Shown: positions 45,082 through 54,166 of the stretch, piece by piece | How positions within the stretch are numbered: the stretch's first letter is position 1 | Layout: every line of letters begins with the position of its first letter | DNA from: an uncultured bacterium | GTDB lineage: Bacteria; Actinomycetota; Acidimicrobiia; Spongiisociales; UBA5794 | Assembly: GCA_963801165.1 (NCBI GenBank) | Contig: CAWDDT010000003.1 | Location: forward strand, 64,001 to 128,000 | DNA: 64,000 nucleotides | Direction of reading: 5' to 3' | Position numbers and translations under genes: made by a program | Notes under the pieces: model-generated | Database searches by the model: none | The model's input: only the letters and a program-made list of their open reading frames with translations | Told to the model about the DNA's origin: nothing

Positions 45082-46194
45082 TCAGTCACCCCATACCGCG
45101 GCCGCCACCTCGACGGTTCTCGCGAGCTTCTTCCACTGGTCGTCCTGCGATAGCTCGTTGCCGTGGGCGGTCGAAGAGAACCCGCATTGGTGACTCAGTG
45201 CACACTGGTCCAGGTCGATGTAGCGGCCGGCCTCTTCGATCCGGGCGATCACGTCGTCGCGGGCCTCGACCCCGGCCTTTTTCGAGCTCATCAAGCCGAG
45301 TACCACTTGCTTGTTGTCGGGGACCAGGCGGAGCGGTGCGAAATCACCGGACCTCTCGTCGTCGTATTCCAGGAAGAAGGCATCGATGTTCATCTCGTTG
45401 AACAGGATGTCCGCCACCGGCTCGTAGCCGCCTTGCGAGACCCACACGCTCCGGAAGTTGCCCCGGCACAGATGAACCCCGACCACCATATCGGCGGGCC
45501 GACCGGCTATCGCGTCGTTCACGAGCCGGCAATAGAGCCGGGTCAACTCGTCGGGGTCGTCGCCTCGCGCCGCGGTCCGTTCCCTGATTGTCGGATCACA
45601 CAGATAGGCGAGATTGGTGTCGTCGAGCTGTAGGTAGCGGCACCCCCGCCGTGCCAGATCGGCGATCTCCTCGCGATAGGCGGCAGTCAGGTCGGTGAAG
45701 AACCCGTCGAGATCGGGGTAGACATCCGAGCTGATGCCCTCGCGCCCGCCACGAAAGTGGAGCATGGACGGGGCGGGAATGCACACCTTCGGGGTCTCGG
45801 TGACCACGGACGACAGGAAGTCGTAGTCGGCACCCTGGATCGGATGCCCGTGACGAACCGGACCGCTGACCCGCATCGTTGGCGGCTTGAATCCGACCTC
45901 GGTCCCGTCGTCGCGGCGGAATGTTGCCAGAAAGTCACCCTCCTCAACGGTCACCCCGTCGAGCTGCTCGAGAAAGTCGACATGGAAGAACATGCGGCGA
46001 AACTCACCGTCGGTGATCCCGTGAAGACCGACGTCTTCTTGGGCCTTCGCGACTTGCCGGATGTGGGTGTCTTCGATGGCTCTGAGCTCGTCACCGGAGA
46101 TCTCGCCGCTCTGGTGACGGTCGCGGGCATCCATGACTTCCGGTGGGCGGAGAAAGCTCCCGACGTGGTCCGCCCGGAATGGTGGAGAGCTCAT
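45082..46194 (-). CDS. Single-domain cobalamin-independent methionine synthase II-like (MetE C-terminal-like) Zn enzyme
   Basis: PFRADHVGSFLRP, ITDGEFRR, YLQLDD, HLCRGN, FFLEYD, HQCGFSS (Zn ligands H, C, E, C). Confidence 0.9.
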   Translation of the reverse strand: MSSPPFRADHVGSFLRPPEVMDARDRHQSGEISGDELRAIEDTHIRQVAKAQEDVGLHGITDGEFRRMFFHVDFLEQLDGVTVEEGDFLATFRRDDGTEVGFKPPTMRVSGPVRHGHPIQGADYDFLSSVVTETPKVCIPAPSMLHFRGGREGISSDVYPDLDGFFTDLTAAYREEIADLARRGCRYLQLDDTNLAYLCDPTIRERTAARGDDPDELTRLYCRLVNDAIAGRPADMVVGVHLCRGNFRSVWVSQGGYEPVADILFNEMNIDAFFLEYDDERSGDFAPLRLVPDNKQVVLGLMSSKKAGVEARDDVIARIEEAGRYIDLDQCALSHQCGFSSTAHGNELSQDDQWKKLARTVEVAAAVWGD

Positions 46195-46281
46195 TGTTTT
46201 CCTCCTCTGCCGTCCGAATGCAACGATGCGGAGCGTAGTCACCCCGGCGGTGGGTACGACGGGAGACAAGGTTCGTTTCTG

Positions 46282-46983
46282 TCAGTCTTCGTCGAACGAA
46301 TCGACGAACTCCACGCCCATCGCTAGGAGCTTGTCGCGAAGCCCATCCATCTCCATAGTCAGCTCGCCTGCAGCCAGTCGCTGTCGCTTTGCGTTCTCTC
46401 GCTGGGTGCGGGCCTGTGCGCTTTCCAGCACCGACCCGGCCCGATCATGCGGGACCACGACCACGCCGTCGTCGTCGGCGCATACGATGTCGCCGGCGAA
46501 GATGGTGACGTCACCTATCGTCACCGGCACGTTGACCGACCCCGGTGTCTCCTTGACCGTTCCCTGGGACGAAACGAAGCGGGACCAAACGCCGAAACCC
46601 ATCTCCCTCAGCTCCGCGACGTCGCGGACGCCTGCGTCGATGACCAGCCCGGTGACCCCGCGCGCCATCAGCGATGTGGCGAGCAACTCCCCGAACATTC
46701 CGTGCGACGACGGGCCCGAATTTGTCACCACGAGAATGTCGCCGGTCCGGCAAACCTCGATAGCGGCATGAATCATGATGTTGTCGCCGGGGTGCGACGA
46801 TACGGTTACAGCGTTGCCCGCCACCCGTAGACCGGATTGAATCGGCCGGATGTCGGGTCCGAGGTAGCCGGTCCTGCTTTGTGCCTCGTGAACTGTCGAG
46901 ACACCGGCGTCCCCGAGCTGGTCGAGGACAGCGCGGTCGGTGCGGCGAATGTCCCGGACCACGACGTGGCGATCCTCGCTCAT
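46282..46983 (-). CDS. ligK: 4-carboxy-4-hydroxy-2-oxoadipate aldolase / oxaloacetate decarboxylase (RraA fold)
   Basis: GVSTVHEAQ, PGDNIMIHAAIE, GMFGELLATS, IDAGVRD, GTVKETPGSVN. Confidence 0.93.
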   Translation of the reverse strand: MSEDRHVVVRDIRRTDRAVLDQLGDAGVSTVHEAQSRTGYLGPDIRPIQSGLRVAGNAVTVSSHPGDNIMIHAAIEVCRTGDILVVTNSGPSSHGMFGELLATSLMARGVTGLVIDAGVRDVAELREMGFGVWSRFVSSQGTVKETPGSVNVPVTIGDVTIFAGDIVCADDDGVVVVPHDRAGSVLESAQARTQRENAKRQRLAAGELTMEMDGLRDKLLAMGVEFVDSFDED

Positions 46984-47993
46984 GTCTCACCACCGATCTT
47001 CAACCGCGGGAAGACCCGGAGCGTGTTCTCGGAGAAGATCATCTTCTTCGCCGTCTCGTCGATGGCGGCGTTGTCGATGTAGAACTTCGTGTCGTCGTAG
47101 TAGCGGCCCGTCTCCTCGTCGATGCTTCGGACTGCACCGATCATCTCGGAACCGAAGAGGACGTTCTCTGTCGGAACCACATCGACAAGCAGATCGATGC
47201 CCTTCTGGTGGTACACACAGGTGTCGAAGTAGATGTGGTCGAGAAGCGAGTCGAAGTCCCACCCTTTGTCCTGGGCCATGCCTTTCAGGCGCCCCCAGTG
47301 GTAGGGGACGGCGCCTCCGCCGTGGGGGATGATCCAACGTAGCCCCGGGAATCTGCTCATGAACCCCGAGCTGAGCGCCTGCATGAACGCGGTGGTATCG
47401 GCGCCCAGGTAGTGGGATCCGGTGGTGAAGAGGTTGGGGTTCGTCGATGCGCTCACGTGGATCATCGCCGGGACGTCCAGCTCGCACATCGTCTCCCACA
47501 GCGGTGTCCAGTAGTCGTCCCACAGCGGTGGACCGGTCCACATTCCCCCCGTTGGGTCGGGGTTGACGTTGCAGCCGATAAAACCCATTTCGACGACGCA
47601 GCGCTCGAGCTCCCTGACCGACGCGTCGAGGGGCTCTCCAGGCGACTGGGGAAGCTGGCACACGGGGGCAAAGCTGTCGGGGAACAGGTCGCACACCCTG
47701 CGGATCAGCTCGTTTTGATGTTGTGACCAGAAGAGTGATGTGCCGGCGTTGCCGACGTGGTGGGCCATCCAGCTCGCCCGGGGGGAGAAGATCGTCAGGT
47801 CCGTGCCTCGTTCTGCCTGGAATCGGAGTTGTGCACCCTCGATCGACTCCCTGATCTCGTCATCGGTGACGGCGATTGCACCCTTTGATCCGACGAATGT
47901 GGGGTCGGCCGACACCGCGGCGACCTGAGATTTCCTCCATTCGGCGACACCGGGAGGGGTGGTTGTGTAGTGTCCATGACAGTCAATGATCAC
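46980..47993 (-). CDS. ligJ: 4-oxalomesaconate hydratase (amidohydrolase)
   Basis: IIDCHGHYTT, FSPRASWMAHH, NPDPTGG, PHGGGAVPYHWGR, FDTCVYHQ, GSEMIGAV. Confidence 0.94.
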   Translation of the reverse strand: MIIDCHGHYTTTPPGVAEWRKSQVAAVSADPTFVGSKGAIAVTDDEIRESIEGAQLRFQAERGTDLTIFSPRASWMAHHVGNAGTSLFWSQHQNELIRRVCDLFPDSFAPVCQLPQSPGEPLDASVRELERCVVEMGFIGCNVNPDPTGGMWTGPPLWDDYWTPLWETMCELDVPAMIHVSASTNPNLFTTGSHYLGADTTAFMQALSSGFMSRFPGLRWIIPHGGGAVPYHWGRLKGMAQDKGWDFDSLLDHIYFDTCVYHQKGIDLLVDVVPTENVLFGSEMIGAVRSIDEETGRYYDDTKFYIDNAAIDETAKKMIFSENTLRVFPRLKIGGET

Positions 47994-48100
47994 GGCGAAT
48001 CCAGCTGCTGATCGGATATCCCCTCCATCTGGGACTGCACCTCCGGGTGGTGTCGTGAGAGCGAGTGCGCAAACCAGCATAGATATGAAACCTCAGTTTC

Positions 48101-48118
48101 GTCCACAACATTGTGGAC
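48101..48118. promoter_or_regulatory. Perfect palindrome between ligJ and the ABC operon (GntR/FadR-like operator)
   Basis: GTCCACAA-ca-TTGTGGAC, followed by TTGACA at about 48123. Confidence 0.6.
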
Positions 48119-48288
48119 AAGATTGACAACAACCAACTAGGCTGCGAGCGGTTCTTGGGAGGATGCCATTCAGACAGCGGGATCACAGAGGTCGATGGGG
48201 GCAGGGCGATGAACACGCCCGCCCGTAGCCGTGACCCGATCTCCAGCGGTGCGGCCGTTGCGGCAACCTTCACCGAGGAGTCCACGGT

Positions 48289-49017
48289 TTGCTAGAGCTG
48301 CAAGACGTCTCGGTCAGCTTCGGTGGTCTGCGAGCCCTCGACGGGGTCAGCTTCCGCGTCGCCGAGGGTGAAGTCGTCGGTCTCATTGGTCCCAACGGAT
48401 CGGGCAAGTCGACCACGTTCAATGCCGTAACCGGAACTCTGAAAACCAGTGGTGGTCGGATAACGTTCGGCGGCGAAGACATCTCCGGGCTGCCGCCCCA
48501 CCGCATCGCTCACAAGGGAATCGCCAGGACGTTCCAGGTCGTCCGGCCGTTCTCCCATCTCACCGCCCTGGAGAACGTCCTCGCCGGCCGGCTCTTCGGT
48601 GGCGCGGGAGCCAAGCGCAACTCCGCAGCCGTTGCCGAGGCGATGGAGATTCTGCAGCTGGTTGGTCTGGATGCCAAGGCAAACATCAAGGCACAGGCGT
48701 TCACGATCCTGGAGCGAAAGTGGCTCGAGGTGGGGAAGGCTCTTGCAGGCAAGCCCCGGTTGATCCTCCTCGACGAGTTCATGGCGGGTATCTCACCGAA
48801 GCAGATCCCCGAGGCAGTCGATCTGGTCAAGTCGATCAACGCCTCCGGGGTAACGGTGATCGTGGTCGAGCACATCATCAAGGCGATCACCGGAGCGTGC
48901 GATCGGGCCATCGTGTTGGATGCCGGCCGCAAGCTCGCCGAGGGATCGGTCGACGAGATCGTCCGCAATCCCGCTGTAATTCACGCGTACCTCGGGAGCC
49001 GGCATGCTGAAGGTTGA
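48289..49017 (+). CDS. HAAT-type ABC transporter ATP-binding subunit (LivG-like)
   Basis: GPNGSGKST, RTFQVVRPF, LLDE, AYLG. Confidence 0.92.
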   Translation: MLELQDVSVSFGGLRALDGVSFRVAEGEVVGLIGPNGSGKSTTFNAVTGTLKTSGGRITFGGEDISGLPPHRIAHKGIARTFQVVRPFSHLTALENVLAGRLFGGAGAKRNSAAVAEAMEILQLVGLDAKANIKAQAFTILERKWLEVGKALAGKPRLILLDEFMAGISPKQIPEAVDLVKSINASGVTVIVVEHIIKAITGACDRAIVLDAGRKLAEGSVDEIVRNPAVIHAYLGSRHAEG

Positions 49018-49711
49018 GAACCTGGGTGCAGGCTACGGCGACCTCCAGGTCGTGTGGGATGTCTCGTTCGAGGTACCCGCCGGGGCGCTGGTCGCCATCA
49101 TCGGGTCCAACGGCGCCGGGAAGACCACCACCTTGCGGGCTCTCATGAATCTGGTGCCGGCCATGGCCGGCACGATCGAGTTCAAGGGCGAGTCGATCGT
49201 CGGGGTGCCCACCCACCAGATCGTCGAGCGCGGTCTGATCATGATTCCCGAGTCTCGGGCGACCTTCGCCAGCCTGTCGGTTGCCGACAATCTCGCGCTA
49301 GGCGCCTACACGAAGCGAGCGCGCCGTGATCGGCAGACGACGCTGACCGACGTTTACGAGATCTTCCCGCGGCTCGCCGAGAGGAAGAGCCAGCTCGCCG
49401 GCACCTTGAGCGGTGGAGAGCGACAGATGCTTGCGATCGGCAAGGCACTGATGGCGCGGCCCGAGATGCTCGTCCTCGACGAGCCTTCGTTGGGTCTCGC
49501 CCCGATCATCGTTGAGAACACGTTCGACGAGATCCGCGCCATCCGGGATCGGGGCGTATCGGTCTTGATGGTCGAACAGCACGTTGAGGCGACGCTCGAG
49601 CTCGTCGACTATGCGTATGTCCTCGAACTCGGGCATGTGGTCATCGAGGGCCCGAGCTCGGACCTGATGACCGACCCACGGGTCCGCGAAGCGTATCTGA
49701 GTCTGCAATGA
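49004..49711 (+). CDS. HAAT-type ABC transporter ATP-binding subunit (LivF-like)
   Basis: GSNGAGKTT, LSGGERQM, LDEPSLGLAP. Confidence 0.93.
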   Translation: MLKVENLGAGYGDLQVVWDVSFEVPAGALVAIIGSNGAGKTTTLRALMNLVPAMAGTIEFKGESIVGVPTHQIVERGLIMIPESRATFASLSVADNLALGAYTKRARRDRQTTLTDVYEIFPRLAERKSQLAGTLSGGERQMLAIGKALMARPEMLVLDEPSLGLAPIIVENTFDEIRAIRDRGVSVLMVEQHVEATLELVDYAYVLELGHVVIEGPSSDLMTDPRVREAYLSLQ

Positions 49712-50598
49712 GACAGTTGATCATCCAGAGTGCAGTTTCCGGTCTGCTGGTCGGAGGGATCTACGGGATCGTCGCGCTCGGGCTCGCCCTTTCCTTTGGC
49801 GTGCTCAAAGTACTCAACGTTGCCCACGGCGAGCTGGTCATGCTCGGGGGATACGCAGCCTTCTTCCTTTTCACGAACATGGGTCTTGATCCACTACTGA
49901 CGATCCCGCTGGTCTTCATCTGTGTCTTTGCGCTCGGCACGGTGCTCTACAGCCTGCTGTTCAAGTTCGTCGTCCGGTTCGACATCGAGACCCGGATCAA
50001 GAACTCGCTGCTGATCTCTTTCGGGCTCGTCCTGATTCTCCAGGCGATTGCCGTTTTCCTGTTCAGCGGCGATGACCGCACGATCGTGACCGGGTACTCC
50101 TCGAAGGCCCTCGTGGTGACCGGATGGGTCAGGATTCCATGGGCACGGTCGGCCGGGCTCGTGGTCGCTGTCATCGCTGCCTTCCTGCTCGAGTGGCTGC
50201 TGAATCGGACCACGTTTGGCCACGCCGTCCGCGGGACGTCTGAGGATTGGGCGCTCGCCTCGCTGACCGGGATCAACGTTCGCCGGGTGTACATGATCGC
50301 ATTCGCCATCTCAGCGGGGCTTGCGGGTGTCGCCGGTTCGCTGGTCAGCCTCGGCTACAGCGTCAGCCCGAGCATCGGGCTCGGCTGGACGCTGAAGGCA
50401 CTCATCGTGATCGTTCTCGCCGGGCTGGGAAGCATGCGCGGCATCGTCTTGGCGGGCGCATTGCTCGGGCTCGTCGAAGGTCTGGCCTCGGTCTGGCTCG
50501 GCAGCGCCTACCGGGGCGTGGTCGCCCTTGTCGTCTTCCTGGTCGTGCTGAGCTTCCGTCCCCAGGGGCTGTTCGGGAGGGGAGGCAATCATGTCTAA
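49708..50598 (+). CDS. HAAT-type ABC permease (LivH-like)
   Basis: GGIYGIVALGL, LNVAHGELVMLG, IVLAGLGS. Confidence 0.92.
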   Translation: MRQLIIQSAVSGLLVGGIYGIVALGLALSFGVLKVLNVAHGELVMLGGYAAFFLFTNMGLDPLLTIPLVFICVFALGTVLYSLLFKFVVRFDIETRIKNSLLISFGLVLILQAIAVFLFSGDDRTIVTGYSSKALVVTGWVRIPWARSAGLVVAVIAAFLLEWLLNRTTFGHAVRGTSEDWALASLTGINVRRVYMIAFAISAGLAGVAGSLVSLGYSVSPSIGLGWTLKALIVIVLAGLGSMRGIVLAGALLGLVEGLASVWLGSAYRGVVALVVFLVVLSFRPQGLFGRGGNHV

Positions 50599-51583
50599 AA
50601 GCACCCCGCCGATTGTCGGCTGGCTCGTAGTGCTCGCCATCACGATCGCGCTCGGCCTGTTCACCGGCAACGAGCGGTTGTTGACCCTCGCCATCCAGAC
50701 GTACACCCTCGCCGCGCTGGCTACGAGCTGGAACATCCTCGGTGGTTTCGCCGGTCAGGTGAGTCTCGGCCACGCCGCGTTCTTTGGCCTGGGTGCCCTG
50801 TTGACGCGCGAGCTGTGGCTGGGCGGCAGGCCGCTGCCGCTCGCCATCCTGATCGCGCTCGTGGTCACTGCAGCCACCGCGGCGGTGGTCGGCGTGCCGA
50901 TGCTGAGGTTCCGGGGGATCTATTTCTCGGTGGGCACGCTGGCCCTCGGCGTCGCCGTGTTCATCACCGCAGGCAATCTCCGGCCGGGTATCTCGTCTCT
51001 GCCGGCCGAGGCGTTGCGGGCGTACGAGTTCCAGGGCCGGTACTACACCGCGCTCGGAGTGGTGGCAGTGACGGTGGCGATCTCCGCGTGGTTGCGACGG
51101 TCCAAGACGGGTCTGGGGATGATGGCGGTCCGCGAGGACGAGGAAGCCGCCAGTGCCACCGGCGTTAACTCGTTCGCTCACAAGATGGCCGCCTTCGTCA
51201 TCAGCGCCACACTGGCGGCGCTCGCCGGCGCCGTGTTCGGGTACTTCAGCGTGAGTTACTACCCGCAGTTCCCCTTTAGCGTCACGTGGACATTCGATGC
51301 GATCACGGTCGTGTTCGTCGGCGGGGTGGGGACCATCATTGGACCCCTTGTCGGAGCCGTGTTCTACGTGGTGGGGCGCGATTTGCTCAGCTCGACGTTC
51401 CCTGAGGTGCAGGTGATCGTCTTCGGTGTGCTGTTCATCCTGGTCGTCCTGCTGTTGCCGGGCGGGTTTGTCGAGGGCGGTCACCGGGTCTTTGCGGCGT
51501 TGTCGCGCCGTGGCACCGCACAACCGACAGGATCTCGAGCCGAGGGAGAAAGAGAAACGATGGAGGGAAAGGAATCAGTATGA
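50591..51583 (+). CDS. HAAT-type ABC permease (LivM-like)
   Basis: SWNILGGFAGQVSLGHAAFFGLG, AVREDEEAA, GGVGTIIGP. Confidence 0.92.
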   Translation: MSKSTPPIVGWLVVLAITIALGLFTGNERLLTLAIQTYTLAALATSWNILGGFAGQVSLGHAAFFGLGALLTRELWLGGRPLPLAILIALVVTAATAAVVGVPMLRFRGIYFSVGTLALGVAVFITAGNLRPGISSLPAEALRAYEFQGRYYTALGVVAVTVAISAWLRRSKTGLGMMAVREDEEAASATGVNSFAHKMAAFVISATLAALAGAVFGYFSVSYYPQFPFSVTWTFDAITVVFVGGVGTIIGPLVGAVFYVVGRDLLSSTFPEVQVIVFGVLFILVVLLLPGGFVEGGHRVFAALSRRGTAQPTGSRAEGERETMEGKESV

Positions 51584-52881
51584 ATAGGAAGAGAATATGG
51601 GTGCTGCTTGCGGTGATTGCGTTGCTTGTCGCCGCATGTGGCTCCAGTGACGACAGCGGCGGCACAACCACCACCGCAGGTACCGAAACCACGGCCATGA
51701 CCGAGACGACCGCAGCGACGACAACGTCGAGCGGTGGTGCCGAGACCACCGCGGCGGCGATGGAGGCCCCCGCTTCGATACTCCTCGGCGCCGTGGTCCC
51801 GCAGACCGGTCCGTTCGCAGGTGGCGGCGCCCAGGTCATGCGCGGTTACCAGTACGCCGTCGATGCGATCAATGCCGCAGGCGGCGTGTACGTCGCCGAA
51901 TACGACAAGAGCCTGCCACTCGAGCTGATTCTCAGGGATGACGAATCGGATCCGAACAAGACCACGTCGATCATGGAGGACCTAGCCGGTCAGGGCATCA
52001 CCGTGTATCTGGGTGGGTTCGCCAGCCCGTTGCACGCAGCGGGCACCGCGGTCGCCGAGAAGAACCAGATCCCGTATCTGGGGGTAGCGACCGCTCTGCA
52101 GGCGCTGCACGAGCAGGGGTACCAGTACTACTTCTCGCCGTTCCCGAAGTCACCCGATATCGCGAAGTCTGTCTTCGAGATGCTCAACACCCTTCTTCCC
52201 GAGGGAGGGCGACCCACCAAGGTCGGCATCTTCCAGGAGGCGACGGACTGGGGTGAGGAGCTCGGTGCGTTGTGGGAGGAAGAGGCCGCCAAGCAGGGAT
52301 ACGAAATCGTGCTCCACGAGACGTATGCACCTGGAAGCGAGGACTTCACCGACATCATCCTGAAGGCGCAGGCCGCCGGCGTCGAGGCCCTGCTCAGCCT
52401 GCCCACCCCGCCCGATGGGTTCAACATCTACAAGCAGATGGGTGAGCTGGGCTGGAAGCCGCCGTTCAATCTCGTGGTCCGTGCTGCCGACGTTCCCACC
52501 TGGAACGATCTCGGTGACGTCGGTGACGGTGTCGTCCTGTCCGCCGGTTGGCATCCCGACCTCGGCTATCCCGGGATCGACGCGCTGAACCAGCGGCACA
52601 TCGCCGAAGAAGGCAGGCCTGCAGACCCGGTCGTCGGTGGTGCGTACTCGCTGGTGCAAATCGTCGCCGACTCCATCGAGCGGGCAGGGACCCTCGACCA
52701 CCAGGCCGTCCGCGACGCGATCGCGGCAACGGACCTCGACACGGTCGCCGGTCACATCACCTTCCGCGCCGACGGGACGTCGCCGATCGACAACCCGTTG
52801 ATGCAGCGTCAGGGCGACAAGGTCGTCCTCATTTGGCCACAGGTTGCCGGGGCGGGCGAGTTCATCTATCCCGCAAACTGA
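51580..52881 (+). CDS. ABC substrate-binding lipoprotein (Peripla_BP_6), probably for aromatic acids
   Basis: Lipobox VAAC, Thr-rich linker, GAVVPQTGPFA, INAAGG, DDESDP; substrate inferred from context. Confidence 0.88.
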   Translation: MNRKRIWVLLAVIALLVAACGSSDDSGGTTTTAGTETTAMTETTAATTTSSGGAETTAAAMEAPASILLGAVVPQTGPFAGGGAQVMRGYQYAVDAINAAGGVYVAEYDKSLPLELILRDDESDPNKTTSIMEDLAGQGITVYLGGFASPLHAAGTAVAEKNQIPYLGVATALQALHEQGYQYYFSPFPKSPDIAKSVFEMLNTLLPEGGRPTKVGIFQEATDWGEELGALWEEEAAKQGYEIVLHETYAPGSEDFTDIILKAQAAGVEALLSLPTPPDGFNIYKQMGELGWKPPFNLVVRAADVPTWNDLGDVGDGVVLSAGWHPDLGYPGIDALNQRHIAEEGRPADPVVGGAYSLVQIVADSIERAGTLDHQAVRDAIAATDLDTVAGHITFRADGTSPIDNPLMQRQGDKVVLIWPQVAGAGEFIYPAN

Positions 52882-52940
52882 CATCCGCAAACCGATATCC
52901 AGCAAACTGATATCCAGCAAACTGATATCCAGCAAACTGA
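52867..52940. repeat. 15-bp tandem repeat x5 derived from the gene's last codons and stop (YPAN*)
   Basis: tatcccgcaaactga, catccgcaaaccga, tatccagcaaactga x3. Confidence 0.9.
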
Positions 52941-52961
52941 AGCGAATACGGTCCAACAGAA

Positions 52962-52992
52962 CAGGAGGGGTCGCCGGTGGCGGCCCCTCCTG
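52962..52992. terminator. GC-rich hairpin between convergent genes (probable bidirectional terminator)
   Basis: CAGGAGGGGTCGCC-ggt-GGCGGCCCCTCCTG, 14-bp stem with one G-U pair. Confidence 0.7.
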
Positions 52993-53017
52993 ACAATTCG
53001 GATGACGATCGGGGCCG

Positions 53018-54004
53018 TCAGCGCTCGGTTTGATTGCGAGCAGGACGGGCGGGGGAGCCGAGGATGGCGCGTGCCGCAGCGGCATCCGTGATCAACGCCG
53101 TGATCAGCCCGCCGGTGAGCGCCCCGCGGATGGCGACCGCCTTGTCGGCGCCGGCCGCAACGGCTACGACGATCGGGATCCGGCGGAGGGCCTCGAAGGA
53201 GATCGCGACGGCACGCCGGTTGACCGAGTGCTCGACCGATCGGCCGGCAGCGTCGTAGAACTGGGCACAAGTGTGCCCGACTGCGTCGCGATTGCGGAGG
53301 TCGGCGAGGTCCTCGTGTGAGATGAGGCCGGCAAAGATCGGACCGGGAGCCCCCATCTCGCCTATCCCGATGAGGGCGATGTGGGCGTTGGCGGCGAGAT
53401 CCAACGTCTCTCGGACCGAGGGGTCCGAGAGGAAGACTTCCCTGGCGGCCTCCGTCTCGGCAAGCAGCGGGGCATGCACGGCGCGGAATACACCCCCGTA
53501 CGCACGGGCCAGTTGTCTGGCCACTTCGGGCCCGTCGATCATGGGGTTCTGCCGGCCGATCGATCCGATCATCTGCGCCGCGACGATGGCCCGGGGGTGG
53601 CGTGGCGCGATCGTGTTGACCATGCGTGAGATCGACCTGCCGTTCGATATGGCCACCGTCATGCCGTCTTCGAGGAGCTCGTCGAGGTAGTCGGAGGCGA
53701 CCAGGCTGATGTCCTCGCGAGCCACCAGCTGGTCGGAGCTGCCGGCAACGACGCGTGCTGCCTGAAGACCGAACCGACTCTCGAGCTGGTTTTCGAGATG
53801 GAGTTGACGCTCGGCCGGGTGGACGATGCGGATCCGCACGACACCCATCTCCCGGGCGTCTGCGAGCATGCGAGAGATGGTCGAGCGGGAAACACCGAGC
53901 CGCTCGGCGATCTCACCCTGGTTCACGTCCTGCTCGTAGTACATCCGCGCCGCGGCGACCAGCTCCTCGGTCGACCGTCCCCCTGATTCAGTCCGTTTGC
54001 TCAT
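53018..54004 (-). CDS. SorC/DeoR-type sugar-binding transcriptional regulator
   Basis: AARMYYEQDVNQGEIAERLGVSRSTISRML..ARE.GVVRI; IALIGIG; LITD. Confidence 0.92.
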   Translation of the reverse strand: MSKRTESGGRSTEELVAAARMYYEQDVNQGEIAERLGVSRSTISRMLADAREMGVVRIRIVHPAERQLHLENQLESRFGLQAARVVAGSSDQLVAREDISLVASDYLDELLEDGMTVAISNGRSISRMVNTIAPRHPRAIVAAQMIGSIGRQNPMIDGPEVARQLARAYGGVFRAVHAPLLAETEAAREVFLSDPSVRETLDLAANAHIALIGIGEMGAPGPIFAGLISHEDLADLRNRDAVGHTCAQFYDAAGRSVEHSVNRRAVAISFEALRRIPIVVAVAAGADKAVAIRGALTGGLITALITDAAAARAILGSPARPARNQTER

Positions 54005-54121
54005 CCCGTCACCAAGCCTGCCGTCTCCATCAACTACACCGCTCACGGCCGCGGGGCCGCTTGCTGCATTCTGCCACCGCCGAACCTTCGACTTGCAATG
54101 TAAAGCGCTCTCGTCTACATT

Positions 54122-54157
54122 GTGCAAATACGTTCACAGTATTGCACAGATTTGCAC
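54122..54157. promoter_or_regulatory. Inverted repeat, probable SorC-family operator
   Basis: GTGCAAAT (54122-29) and ATTTGCAC (54150-57) in the AT-rich divergent intergenic region. Confidence 0.55.
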
Positions 54158-54166
54158 GGAGTGATA

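Noticed and set aside
45082-46194. Calling this gene canonical metE
   Set aside because: It is about half the length of MetE and lacks the N-terminal barrel; the function is uncertain
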